From: Candidatus Hadarchaeales archaeon
GTDB lineage: Archaea > Hadarchaeota > Hadarchaeia > Hadarchaeales > WYZ-LMO6
DNA length: 49,101 bases
NCBI GenBank assembly: GCA_038851755.1
Contig: JAWCKR010000009.1
Coordinates: forward strand, 1-49,101
Direction: 5' to 3'
The translations under genes and the position numbers were made by a program. The notes under the pieces were generated by a model. The model worked only from the letters and a program-made list of their open reading frames with translations. It was not told the origin of the DNA and did not search any database. Shown here one piece after another: positions 21,794 through 30,656 of the stretch (position 1 is the first letter of the stretch; the number at the start of each line of letters is the position of its first letter).

Positions 21794-23626
21794 CTATCCT
21801 CCCGGGGAGATGGTGGGGAGCTTGAGGAAGGAGGAGAGGGGCAGGAGTTCCACTCCCGTGAAGATGAGCCACCCCATCACGCACATGAGGAGGGAGTGCT
21901 TGAGCCCGTCCCTGATCCTCCCCGTTCTGAACTGTCCTGCCAGGATGCCAAGGGCTATGGCTTGCATCAGCACGGCATGGTAGAAGAGGCTCCTGACCAT
22001 TCCTGGGTTGATGGGGTTGATCCCTATCCCCATTCCCCCCGGCATCTCCACGCTCTGGGTGGGCAGTGCGGGGACGAAGATCACCACCATTCCCACCGCC
22101 GTGATGGCGAAGACCCCGAAGATCATGTAGGCTATTAACACGTAGGTGAAGGTCTGGGCCCTGCGCTCTCTCTTGAGGTGGACCTCCGTGGACACGTCGT
22201 TGGCCAGCACGTTGAGCACGTCTCCTATGTTGCTGGTGGCCGAGCTGGCGATGTTCATTACCGAGATCACCCTCATGAGCAGGCCGCTCCTTATCCTCCT
22301 TTCCATCTCGGAGAGGGCCCTGGAGGCGGGGCTCCCCCACTCTATGTCCTTTTTCACCTTCGCCAGCTCGGGAGCCAGGGCACCGAAGCGCTCCGGTGGG
22401 AGAGTCTTGATGGCCTTGCCAGGGGGCAACCCTGAGGAGACGGCGGCCGAGAGGGAGGAAAGGTAATCAGGGGTGATGGTGATGATCTTCTCAATCCTCC
22501 TCTCCCTGAGTTCGTGGAGGATGATGAAGGGCAGGAGGGCGATCACCAGCGAGAGCACGAAGGTGGTTTCGGCCTGTGGCTCCAGACCCAGTTTGGTTTC
22601 AAGGTTCAGGAGGTCCGTGGAGAACCTCAGCAGGGCGAAGAGGGCCGCCGCCGGGACGGAGAGGTAGAACACCTTGACGGGATCGTCGGGGAGAGTCCTC
22701 AAGAAGGGGAACAGTCTGTGCGGGAACTCCATCCAGAGGCTCCCCCTCCTTCCCAGCCCCTTCGTTTCCTGGCTGAGCCTGGGGGGATGCTTGGCCTCCC
22801 ATGGGGAGTACTGGGAGAGGAGGAAGATGAAGAGCGCCGAGCCCAGGGGAATGGCCAGGTACACGGTGGCGTAGAGGACGAGGGGGGGAATGGGACTCAT
22901 CATCTGCATGGGGAGGAGGGTGACCAGGAGGAGGAAGGGCAGCAGACCTATGGTGATGGTGGAGATTTCCGCCATGATGGACACCGTCTCGAAGGACTTC
23001 AGCTGGGCGTCCTTGGCCTCGAAGTAGGCCTTCTCGCAGCGGGAGGCCAAGAAGTCGCTCAGGTTCGTCCCCGTTTCCACCACCGTGGAGAGGGTTTTGA
23101 GGAACTCCTTGAACTTCTCGGAGGGGGTGGTCTCGGCCACGTCCGTGAGGGCCTGAACGGGTGACATGCCGAAGGCTTCCACGTTCCTCACCACGGCGCT
23201 GGCCTCCTTGCATATCTCCCCGTAGTCCTCCCTATGCTTGCTGAGCTCGCGGAAGATCTGGATAATCCCGACCCCACCCTTGCTCATGGCCAGCATGAAG
23301 GCTATGGCATGGGGCAGTCTGGTCTCTATCTCCTTGCTCCTCGCCCTGCCCGTGTGCTCCAGGTTGAGGAGGAAGAGACGGTAGAGCCCGTATCCCGCCC
23401 CCACCCCGGACAGCACGGCCAGGAGGGGGAAGTAGGGGATCCCGTACCATAAACCCAGGAAGAGCACCAAGAAGAAAACGGCCAGGGAGAAGGCGAAGGA
23501 GAAGTTCAGAGCCTCCTGCAGGAACTCCCGCGCGGAGCGGGAAATCCTGGCTCTCCTGAGCGCCAGGCGCACTTCCTCTATTCTCTCCTTCTTGATCCTC
23601 TGGAGGAGTAAGCTCGTGGGGAACAT
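21794..23626 (-). CDS. FlaJ/TadC-type platform protein with two T2SS-F domains
   Basis: Two repeats, IETRLPHAIAFM...YGEICKEA and ITPDYLSSLSAAVSSG...FGALAPEL, with many TM segments; immediately downstream of the ATPase. Confidence 0.88.
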   Translation of the reverse strand: MFPTSLLLQRIKKERIEEVRLALRRARISRSAREFLQEALNFSFAFSLAVFFLVLFLGLWYGIPYFPLLAVLSGVGAGYGLYRLFLLNLEHTGRARSKEIETRLPHAIAFMLAMSKGGVGIIQIFRELSKHREDYGEICKEASAVVRNVEAFGMSPVQALTDVAETTPSEKFKEFLKTLSTVVETGTNLSDFLASRCEKAYFEAKDAQLKSFETVSIMAEISTITIGLLPFLLLVTLLPMQMMSPIPPLVLYATVYLAIPLGSALFIFLLSQYSPWEAKHPPRLSQETKGLGRRGSLWMEFPHRLFPFLRTLPDDPVKVFYLSVPAAALFALLRFSTDLLNLETKLGLEPQAETTFVLSLVIALLPFIILHELRERRIEKIITITPDYLSSLSAAVSSGLPPGKAIKTLPPERFGALAPELAKVKKDIEWGSPASRALSEMERRIRSGLLMRVISVMNIASSATSNIGDVLNVLANDVSTEVHLKRERRAQTFTYVLIAYMIFGVFAITAVGMVVIFVPALPTQSVEMPGGMGIGINPINPGMVRSLFYHAVLMQAIALGILAGQFRTGRIRDGLKHSLLMCVMGWLIFTGVELLPLSSFLKLPTISPGG

Positions 23627-25717
23627 TCAGCCTTCCCCAATTCTTCTGAGCACGCTCTCGGGGTTATAATAGTACTGGCTGAGCACATCCGCTATCTCAG
23701 AGGGGGTGATCTCGGGCTGGTTGGCCAGCCAGGTCAGGACCTTTTCCCTGTTCTTCAGTTCCTTCTTTAGCTGGATGGGGGTGAGTCCCAGGTTCCTCCT
23801 GAGCTCCCTCAGCACCCAGGATTCCTCCACCTTCCTGAAGGTGTCATTGGAGGGGTCCCAGTGGAAGGTATCCACCACCCTTATGTCCTCCGTGATGGGG
23901 TCCAGTCCCGCGAACTCCGTGATCTGGAGGTTGCGTCTCACCCTCTCACTCCCCAGATTGGTGAGCAGCTGGAGGCAGACGATGTCCAGTTCAGCCAGCA
24001 TGGGCCTGGGGAGGTTGATGGGGTCACCTTCCAGCCTGTTCACGGCAGCCTGGACGGACCCGGCGTGCATGGTGCAGAAGGCGGTGTGACCCGTGCAGAT
24101 GGCCTGGAACATGGCCTGGGCCTCCACCCCCCTCACCTCCCCCACGATCAGGCATTCCGGTCTCTGCCTCATGGCCACCTTCACCAGCTCGTTCATGTCG
24201 ATGGGCTTCACCCCCATCATCTCCCTGGTCACGTTGGGCAGCCAGTTCTTCTGGTAGAGAGAGAGCTCCCTGGTGTCCTCGATGGAGATGATCTTGGCGT
24301 CGGGAGGGATGAAGAAGGCTAGGGCGTTCAGAGTGGAGGTCTTCCCGCTGGCCGTTCCCCCTATCACCATCACGCTGCACCTGTTCTCTATGGCCAGCCA
24401 GAGGTAGGCGAGCATCTCGGCGCTGAAGGTGTGGAACCTTATGAGGTCCACAGGCGTGAAAACCCTCCCCAGCCACTTCCTTATGGAGAAGGAGGCCCCC
24501 CTGGCGGTGATCTCGTCCCCAAACGTAACCTGCACCCTGGCCCCGTCCGGCAGCCTGGCGTCCACCACGGGCTCCGCGAAGGAGAGGTGTTTGCCGCTCC
24601 GCTCCGCCAGCAGGGAGTTGAAGTGGTCCAGCTCCCCCCTCTCGAACTGTATGTTGGTTTCCATGTTGTAGTACCTGCGGTGGTAGATGAAGAGGGGGAT
24701 TTCGGGACCGTCGCAGGAGATGTCCTCGATCATGGGATCCTTCAGCAGGGCATCTATCTTCCTGAAGCCCAGGTTCTCCCTCCTAAGGAAGTAGTAGAGA
24801 CGGTAGAGGGTCTTCGGGTCGGAGAGGCCCATCTTCTTGGCCAGCCCCGTCATCTCCCTCACCAGCAGCTCCTCTTTCTGAGCCTGGGGTACCTCGTAGG
24901 GTAGCCTGCTCTTCAGTTCCTCCCACATCTCCTGCAGCATTCTCTGTTCCTCGAAGCTGAGCTTGGGCTCCACCAGCTGGTACCTGAGTCTTCCGGTTCC
25001 CTCCTCCCTCAGGATGACGGCGTAGGAGAAAGGTCTCTCTATCCAGTACCTTTCCACCTCCACGTAGCCCTTGGGGATGGAGGTGAACTCCTCCAGCCTC
25101 CCCATCACCCTCATGTCGTAGGGGGGTAGGCCCAGGGCGGCGAACTCGAAGGAGACCTCCTCTTCTTTCTCGGGCATCTCCTCCACCAGGTGCTCTATCC
25201 CCAGGGAGAGGAGGAGGAGACTCCTCACCCCTTCCTGGAGCTCTTGGTGTACCAGCCTCTCCTTCTCTTCCAGCCCCCTAAGCTCCTTGCCCTCCTCCAC
25301 CAGAAGCAGCATCCTCCTCAGCTCCACCCCGTCCTCCTTGACCTCCCTTTCCTCCAGGTACTCGATGTCCAGGGAGAAAGAGCGGAGGGTTTTTCCCTCC
25401 TCGGTCTCTGCAAGCCTTGGGGCTCCTTCCCCTTTGGATGGGGCCCCGGCGGAGGGAGGGGTCTCTAGGGGGTAGAGCAACCTCTTGAGCTTTTGCGCGA
25501 ATTCCTCCCTTTCCTCTTGCATTCCCAATTCCCTCTGGTCGTTATTATTTAAGGGGTTGTCTTCAGAGGCTGGGGAACTCCCACCTTCCTCTGAAGCGAG
25601 GAGCTTTTTGAACGCTGGATACTTGTCCACCAGCTTCCGGACGTATTCCGGGGTTCCTTCCAGGCCGTTTTCTTCCTCTCCCATGGGGGGTCCGCGAACC
25701 CCCCCCACCTCAGTCAA
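23627..25717 (-). CDS. FlaI/VirB11-type secretion ATPase, intein-free, with a long charged N-terminal extension
   Basis: IEDISCDG, GGTASGKTS, SIEDTREL, RQRPECLIVGEVRG and TGH...TMHA. The start may be ATG 25684. Confidence 0.92.
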   Translation of the reverse strand: MTEVGGVRGPPMGEEENGLEGTPEYVRKLVDKYPAFKKLLASEEGGSSPASEDNPLNNNDQRELGMQEEREEFAQKLKRLLYPLETPPSAGAPSKGEGAPRLAETEEGKTLRSFSLDIEYLEEREVKEDGVELRRMLLLVEEGKELRGLEEKERLVHQELQEGVRSLLLLSLGIEHLVEEMPEKEEEVSFEFAALGLPPYDMRVMGRLEEFTSIPKGYVEVERYWIERPFSYAVILREEGTGRLRYQLVEPKLSFEEQRMLQEMWEELKSRLPYEVPQAQKEELLVREMTGLAKKMGLSDPKTLYRLYYFLRRENLGFRKIDALLKDPMIEDISCDGPEIPLFIYHRRYYNMETNIQFERGELDHFNSLLAERSGKHLSFAEPVVDARLPDGARVQVTFGDEITARGASFSIRKWLGRVFTPVDLIRFHTFSAEMLAYLWLAIENRCSVMVIGGTASGKTSTLNALAFFIPPDAKIISIEDTRELSLYQKNWLPNVTREMMGVKPIDMNELVKVAMRQRPECLIVGEVRGVEAQAMFQAICTGHTAFCTMHAGSVQAAVNRLEGDPINLPRPMLAELDIVCLQLLTNLGSERVRRNLQITEFAGLDPITEDIRVVDTFHWDPSNDTFRKVEESWVLRELRRNLGLTPIQLKKELKNREKVLTWLANQPEITPSEIADVLSQYYYNPESVLRRIGEG

Positions 25718-25777
25718 TTAATACGTATAATGAGGGTTTGAAAACCTTTCGGTAGCCTTGTTTTCTCCGGTTTGGCC

Positions 25778-26506
25778 TCAGCCTAACTCTTCGGTTACCC
25801 TCCTAGCGAGGGAGGTGAAGGCCCTGGAGGCCGGGGAGCGCGGTTTGTACAGGACCACGGGCTTCTTCGCCAGGATGGACTCCTCCACCGCCTTGTCCTC
25901 GGGGATAATCCCCATCTCCTTCAACTTCAGGATGTTTTCCACCTCCCTCGGCTTCAGCTGCTTGGAACCGAAGAGGAAGCCCTTCCTGAGTCTGTTGATT
26001 ACCACCCCCATCACGCTCTTCTCCAGCAGCACCGCCACGTCCCTGCTGGTGGAAACGTCCGAAACGGCGACGGGATCGGGGGTGGTCACCAGGAGCACCC
26101 TATCTGACTCGGTGAGCGGAACGATGGAGTTCTTGTTGACACCTGGAGGCGTATCCACGAGGATGAGGTCATACTGGTCCTTCAGGGCGGAGAGCACGGG
26201 AGGGAAAAGGTCGAGCTTGGCCTTCAGGTAGCCCCTCAGGGAGGGGATGACGGGAAGGAGGGGCACACCGAAGGCGGAGCTAACGGTCTTCGTCACCTCC
26301 TCCTCGGAGACCCTCTCGGAGGAGAGGAGGGTGTGAAGTCCACGCGGTCCCGCCTTTCCACCCAGCTGGAGGGTCAAGTCACCGGAGGCAAGGTCCGCGT
26401 CTACTAGAAGGACCCTGATTCCCCTTTTGTTAAGTACCACGCCTAAATTGGCGGTCACGGTGGTTTTGCCCACACCACCCTTCGCGGAGACCACCGAGAG
26501 GATCAT
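25778..26506 (-). CDS. minD: MinD/ParA-family ATPase
   Basis: Deviant Walker A KGGVGKTT, LVDADL, VDTPPG and GVVINR; start re-called at MILSVVS. Confidence 0.88.
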   Translation of the reverse strand: MILSVVSAKGGVGKTTVTANLGVVLNKRGIRVLLVDADLASGDLTLQLGGKAGPRGLHTLLSSERVSEEEVTKTVSSAFGVPLLPVIPSLRGYLKAKLDLFPPVLSALKDQYDLILVDTPPGVNKNSIVPLTESDRVLLVTTPDPVAVSDVSTSRDVAVLLEKSVMGVVINRLRKGFLFGSKQLKPREVENILKLKEMGIIPEDKAVEESILAKKPVVLYKPRSPASRAFTSLARRVTEELG

Positions 26507-26606
26507 CCTTCTCTCCCCAATAATAAGGGGTAGGGGTTTAAAAAGGGAGGGTTTCCCCATTTTCTTGGCGCCATCTTTTTTTAACCCCCCACCCAAGAAA
26601 GAACGG
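26507..26606. promoter_or_regulatory. Divergent promoter region between minD and the KaiC-like gene
   Basis: AT-rich boxes TTTAAAAA (about 26537) and TTTTTTTAA (about 26576-26584, some 23 nt before ATG 26607) in 100 bp of non-coding DNA. Confidence 0.5.
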
Positions 26607-27404
26607 ATGCCCAGGATACCCACCGGGATAGAGAGTTTGGACCTGGCTCTCGGTGGAGGTATCCCCGCCGGTTCGCTGGTGCTTCTGGTAGGGGAGTCAG
26701 GAGCAGGAAAGAGCGAGTTCACCTACACCGTGACCGCCAATGTCAACTCCATGAGGGAGGATCCTTCCCTCTTACCCTCGGGTTTTGACTTGGTTCTCCC
26801 CGAGCATGTCTGGTACGCCACCTTCAGCAGGAGTGAGGAGGGCGTACTCTCCGATGTGAGGGGGAAGTTCAATGAGGACTTTTACGAGAGGTTCACCAGG
26901 GGGACCCTCTTCAGGGAGTTCCTCACCGTACCCTCCCGCCTCACTTCCTTCCACGAATGGGTGGCAAGCGTGATAAGTGACGGCGGGCACATCAAGCTGC
27001 GCAGGGAGGTCTTCACCACTCTGGCCAGATTCCTGGAGAGAGAGGGTCCGGGCATGATGGTGGTCTTCCACACCCTCACCGACCTCTCCATGCTGTTCAG
27101 GAAGGGAGAGGAGATGGAGTTCGTGAGCTTCCTGCAGAGCCTGAGGGAGATATGCAGGGAGTGGAACGTTACGGTGTTTGCCATTCTGGCGAGCGGGATC
27201 TTCAGCTCCGACGTGGAGGCCCTTCTCATCTCCAACGCGGATGGGGTCTTCTCCTTCGAGGTTCAGGGTGAGGAGCTGGCCAGGAGGGCCATGTTTTCGT
27301 GCAAGCGCATGAGGGGAACCACGATAACCCCCGAGCCCTTCGAGCTAACGGTCACCCCCGATGGGGTGGAGCTCACCCGTCTGAGGACTCTGGCGGGTCG
27401 CTAG
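26607..27404 (+). CDS. KaiC/RAD55/FlaH-like RecA-superfamily ATPase (single domain)
   Basis: RIPTGIESLDLALGGGIP, Walker A GESGAGKS, ADGVF and KRMRG. The Walker B position reads VVFHT. Confidence 0.85.
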   Translation: MPRIPTGIESLDLALGGGIPAGSLVLLVGESGAGKSEFTYTVTANVNSMREDPSLLPSGFDLVLPEHVWYATFSRSEEGVLSDVRGKFNEDFYERFTRGTLFREFLTVPSRLTSFHEWVASVISDGGHIKLRREVFTTLARFLEREGPGMMVVFHTLTDLSMLFRKGEEMEFVSFLQSLREICREWNVTVFAILASGIFSSDVEALLISNADGVFSFEVQGEELARRAMFSCKRMRGTTITPEPFELTVTPDGVELTRLRTLAGR

Positions 27405-28705
27405 TCCACCGGGAAGTAGAAGGGGGTCCTCTGGTCTATGGCGTGGGCCAGGTAGAGGTCCCTCACATAGAAACTTGTGTTCCTCAGGTACTCGGGAAGC
27501 CTGTAGAGGAGGTAGCGGAGCAGGTGGGGAGAGTTTATCTCCCTCATCCCCCAGGTCAGGAGTCCCTCCATTTCCCATCGGGTGAGGTGCGGGTGGTTCC
27601 AGACCAAGTGCTTGCAGTCGAACCTGTGCCAGTCCTTCTCGAAAATCCCGTACTCCCTGTCCAGGTGCTCCCAGAGGGGGGTGGAGGGAAGGGGGGTGAG
27701 GATGCAGAGCTGTACGAAGCCCGGGTTCAGCCCCTTCAGCTCCTTGAGGGCAGCTCTGATGGATTCCCTCGTTTCCTCCTCGTGGCCGATCATGTAGTAG
27801 CCTATCCCCCCTATCCCCCTCCCCGGGGACCTCCACGAGAGCCTTATCCTGCGTATCACCTCCTTCACGGCTTCTGCCCTCTCCTTCTTCTCCAGGTCGT
27901 CCAGAACTTGCTGGTCGAAGCTCTCTATCCCAAAGAGCGCCCCCCTCATCCCCAACCTCCTCCACTCCTCTAGTTTTTCCGCCAGTAGGTCCGCCCTTAT
28001 CATGGGCGCCCACATGAATCCGTATCTACCCAGCAGCTCCGCCACCTCCTCCGCATGTTTCCTGAAGAGACCGAAGTTTTCGTCCAGGATGATCACGTAA
28101 CCCAGCCCAAGCCTCTTATAGAATCTGAGCACCCTCTCTATGTTCCGCAGGGGTATGATGCTGGGCCTGGGGCAGAAGGAGGGCGTCTGGCAGAACTTGC
28201 ATCCCATGGGGCATCCTCTGGTGGTGAAGAGCACCCCCACTGGAGCGAACTTGAGGCCGAGGGTGGTCCCCACCGTCCCCAGGAGGGGAGGGTGCACCAC
28301 CTCCCTGATCTTCCTCCCGAAGAAGGAGGCCACCTCCTCCTCCGCGTACCCCCTGAACACCCTGTCGAAGTAGAGCTCCATCCCGGGGGTGAGGGCCCCG
28401 TAGTTCCCCGCCCAGAGCTCCCCCACCCCCTTCTGCCTGGCCAGGTCCGCCATCTCCAAGATCTCGGGAACCTCGTTCACGTAGAAGGAGAAGCCCACCA
28501 CGTCCCACCCCTCCTCCAGCTTCCTTAGGTACTCCTCCCGGGTGGGGTACTCCAGGATCTCCAGCTCGGGGACGTTCTGCTTCAGGAAGCGGAGACCCGG
28601 GGAGATCTGGGCGGGGGAAGAAAAGCGGACGGGTTCCCTGGAGCCCAGGTCCAGGAAGTCGAAGGGCTTTTCCCTGTACACCGTGGTGAAGAGTACCCTG
28701 GGCAA
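27401..28705 (-). CDS. B12-binding-type radical SAM protein
   Basis: TTRGCPMGCKFC, ILDENF, FGIES and TPLPSTPLW. TTG start preceded by GGAGTGA, 4 bp after the pilin stop. Confidence 0.85.
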   Translation of the reverse strand: MPRVLFTTVYREKPFDFLDLGSREPVRFSSPAQISPGLRFLKQNVPELEILEYPTREEYLRKLEEGWDVVGFSFYVNEVPEILEMADLARQKGVGELWAGNYGALTPGMELYFDRVFRGYAEEEVASFFGRKIREVVHPPLLGTVGTTLGLKFAPVGVLFTTRGCPMGCKFCQTPSFCPRPSIIPLRNIERVLRFYKRLGLGYVIILDENFGLFRKHAEEVAELLGRYGFMWAPMIRADLLAEKLEEWRRLGMRGALFGIESFDQQVLDDLEKKERAEAVKEVIRRIRLSWRSPGRGIGGIGYYMIGHEEETRESIRAALKELKGLNPGFVQLCILTPLPSTPLWEHLDREYGIFEKDWHRFDCKHLVWNHPHLTRWEMEGLLTWGMREINSPHLLRYLLYRLPEYLRNTSFYVRDLYLAHAIDQRTPFYFPVD

Positions 28706-28709
28706 CCTT

Positions 28710-29150
28710 TCACTCCAGCAGGCCCCTGTACAGGGGTATGCCTTGTGGGACATAAACGAGGAGGAGTTCGTCCCCCCTCCCGAATCCCTCCACGGGGAAG
28801 CTCAGCACGTCTCCCGCCCTGAGATCACACCTTCCACCCTCCCCCCTTCCGTTCAGCCTTCCCCCTCCCTTCACGGTTACCTTGATTGCGTTCACCCTCA
28901 CCTCCAGGTTCCTCCAGGAGATGGCCCCGCCCTCCAGCACGAAAGCATCCTTTATGGTTTCCCCGTATACGTGTTTAATCGTGAGTTCCGTGGAGTTTTC
29001 CCTGAAGCCCGAGACGGTGAGGAAGGGGAAGAGGGGAGGTTCAGGGGTGCGGGAGGAGCCTATGGCCCATCCCACGGCGAAGCCCAGGGACAGGGTGAGG
29101 GCGAGCAGCAGGACTTCGGCCACCGTGGGGGAGATTCCCGGGAAGCCCAT
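28710..29150 (-). CDS. Archaeal type IV pilin (small)
   Basis: Class III-like signal PG|ISPTVAEVLLLAL and the shared domain motif HVYGE...WRNLEVRVN...GDELLLVYVP. Confidence 0.75.
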   Translation of the reverse strand: MGFPGISPTVAEVLLLALTLSLGFAVGWAIGSSRTPEPPLFPFLTVSGFRENSTELTIKHVYGETIKDAFVLEGGAISWRNLEVRVNAIKVTVKGGGRLNGRGEGGRCDLRAGDVLSFPVEGFGRGDELLLVYVPQGIPLYRGLLE

Positions 29151-29220
29151 CCCTTTAGGTGGAAGGGGAAAGCTTTTACCTTGATGGAGGCTTTTACCAC
29201 CTCCCGTTTTAAGGAAAGGG

Positions 29221-29865
29221 ATGAAGGTTTCCGTGATCATCCCCACCTACAACGAAGAGGGGAAGGTGGGGCGGGTGGTGGAGGGGGTGAAGCGGGTGTT
29301 GCCGAGGGCCGAGGTGCTGGTGGTGGATGGTGGGTCCACGGACGGGACGGTGGAGGAGGCCCGCGACGCCGGGGCCAGGGTAGTGAGGGTGGGGAGGGGA
29401 AAGGGTCTGGCGGTGAGGAAGGGGGCGGAGGAGGCCAGGGGGGAGGTGCTGCTATTTATGGACGGGGACGGGAGCTATCCCCCTTCTTCCCTCCCCGCCC
29501 TCCTCTATCCCCTCCTCTCCGGGAGGGTGGACGTAGTGAGGGGCTCCAGGTTCAGGGGAAACTCCAGCTTCTCCCCCCTTCGCAGGGTGGGGAACAGGCT
29601 CTTCTCCCTCCTGGCTTCCCTCCTTCACAGCCCCACCTCCGACCTGCTCACCGGGATGTTCGCCATCAGGAGGAGGGATCTCCTTTCTTTGGGTTTGAGG
29701 GGCAGTGGGTTTGAGGTGGAGACGGAGCTCTTCGTGAAGGCCTCCAGGAAGGGTCTGAGGATGCAGGAGATGCCCGTGCGCTACTCCTCCGAGAAGGGAT
29801 CCAAGCTTTCCCCCCTCAGGGATGGTGCTAGAATCCTGCTCACCCTCCTGGGGGGATGGGAGTGA
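29221..29865 (+). CDS. GT2 glycosyltransferase (Dol-P-hexose synthase-like)
   Basis: VSVIIPTYNE, VVDGGSTDGT, GKGLA, FMDGD, GSRF and FEVETE. Confidence 0.92.
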   Translation: MKVSVIIPTYNEEGKVGRVVEGVKRVLPRAEVLVVDGGSTDGTVEEARDAGARVVRVGRGKGLAVRKGAEEARGEVLLFMDGDGSYPPSSLPALLYPLLSGRVDVVRGSRFRGNSSFSPLRRVGNRLFSLLASLLHSPTSDLLTGMFAIRRRDLLSLGLRGSGFEVETELFVKASRKGLRMQEMPVRYSSEKGSKLSPLRDGARILLTLLGGWE

Positions 29866-30656
29866 GATTGCTGGAGGTGCTGGGATGCTGGAGGGACGTC
29901 GTCATACGCCCAGAGCGGGTTCGTGGGGGGAGGTTCTCACTGGGCTTCATGCTGGTCGTCTCCTTCTATCTCGGTTTCCTGTACAACACCTTCCACTACT
30001 TTCTCTACCCCGTTTACACCGTGGAGGAGTTCCATGCGGGCCTCTTCTTCTGGCTGCACTCCCTTTTCGGTGGGGCAGCCGCGGCGGGGATGCTGCTGTA
30101 CGTGAGCGCCATAGGGTACTTTGGTTGCCTGGTGCTCGGTAAAAGGGTTTCCTACTCCAGGATAGAGCATCTGGTCTTCGCCTCTTCCTTTCTCTGGCTC
30201 CTTCCCCTTCTCCTCTCCCCCCTCCTGATAGGGTTGGGAGTGGAGGAGCCGGTCGGGAAGGTGAAGGAGGTGCGCCTCTTCGGAGACTGGTTCTACGTCA
30301 CCTGGGCCGTCCTCCTTAGCGCTCCCGTGGCCTCCCTCCTCACCTTCAGGGTCTTCAGGAGGGCCCTGGGCTTCGATACCCTACGCTCCCTCCTGCCCGC
30401 AGCTCTCATCCTCCCTCTGGGGTACATCGTGGGAAAGGGCTCTTTCATGTTTCCCTTCAGGGGCCTGCTCAGTTTGGAGGAGGAAGAGAGGATGGTGGCG
30501 GGCATTCTCTACTTTTCGCTCATGGGTTTCCTCTTCTACTATGTCAGGAAAAAGAGAGAAGGTGTGGAGAGGGTGCTCTTCGCCTTCCTCAGGAGGTTAG
30601 GGTTTCAATCCTCCAGAAGCCGAGGAGCTGGTCTGCTGGGGCGTAGGCGGCCGTGA
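29862..30656 (+). CDS. Multi-pass membrane protein, His-motif family copy 1 (Yip1-like outline)
   Basis: GFLYNTFHYFLY...FWLHSLFGG...GKRVSY; paralogue of 40580 and 46632; GTGA overlap with the GT2 gene. Confidence 0.75.
   Translation: MRLLEVLGCWRDVVIRPERVRGGRFSLGFMLVVSFYLGFLYNTFHYFLYPVYTVEEFHAGLFFWLHSLFGGAAAAGMLLYVSAIGYFGCLVLGKRVSYSRIEHLVFASSFLWLLPLLLSPLLIGLGVEEPVGKVKEVRLFGDWFYVTWAVLLSAPVASLLTFRVFRRALGFDTLRSLLPAALILPLGYIVGKGSFMFPFRGLLSLEEEERMVAGILYFSLMGFLFYYVRKKREGVERVLFAFLRRLGFQSSRSRGAGLLGRRRP

Noticed and set aside
23624-23629. ATPase stop TGA directly followed in frame by the platform gene ATG; likewise TAG-GTG at 38066-38071
   Set aside because: Zero-gap junctions are expected in this tightly packed genome, and both partners are complete, normally separate proteins, so readthrough is not needed.
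21794-27404. Archaellum operon
   Set aside because: FlaI-, FlaJ- and FlaH-like genes are present, but no archaellin, FlaF/G or chemotaxis gene is recognisable, and the pilins have pilin-type VSP signals.
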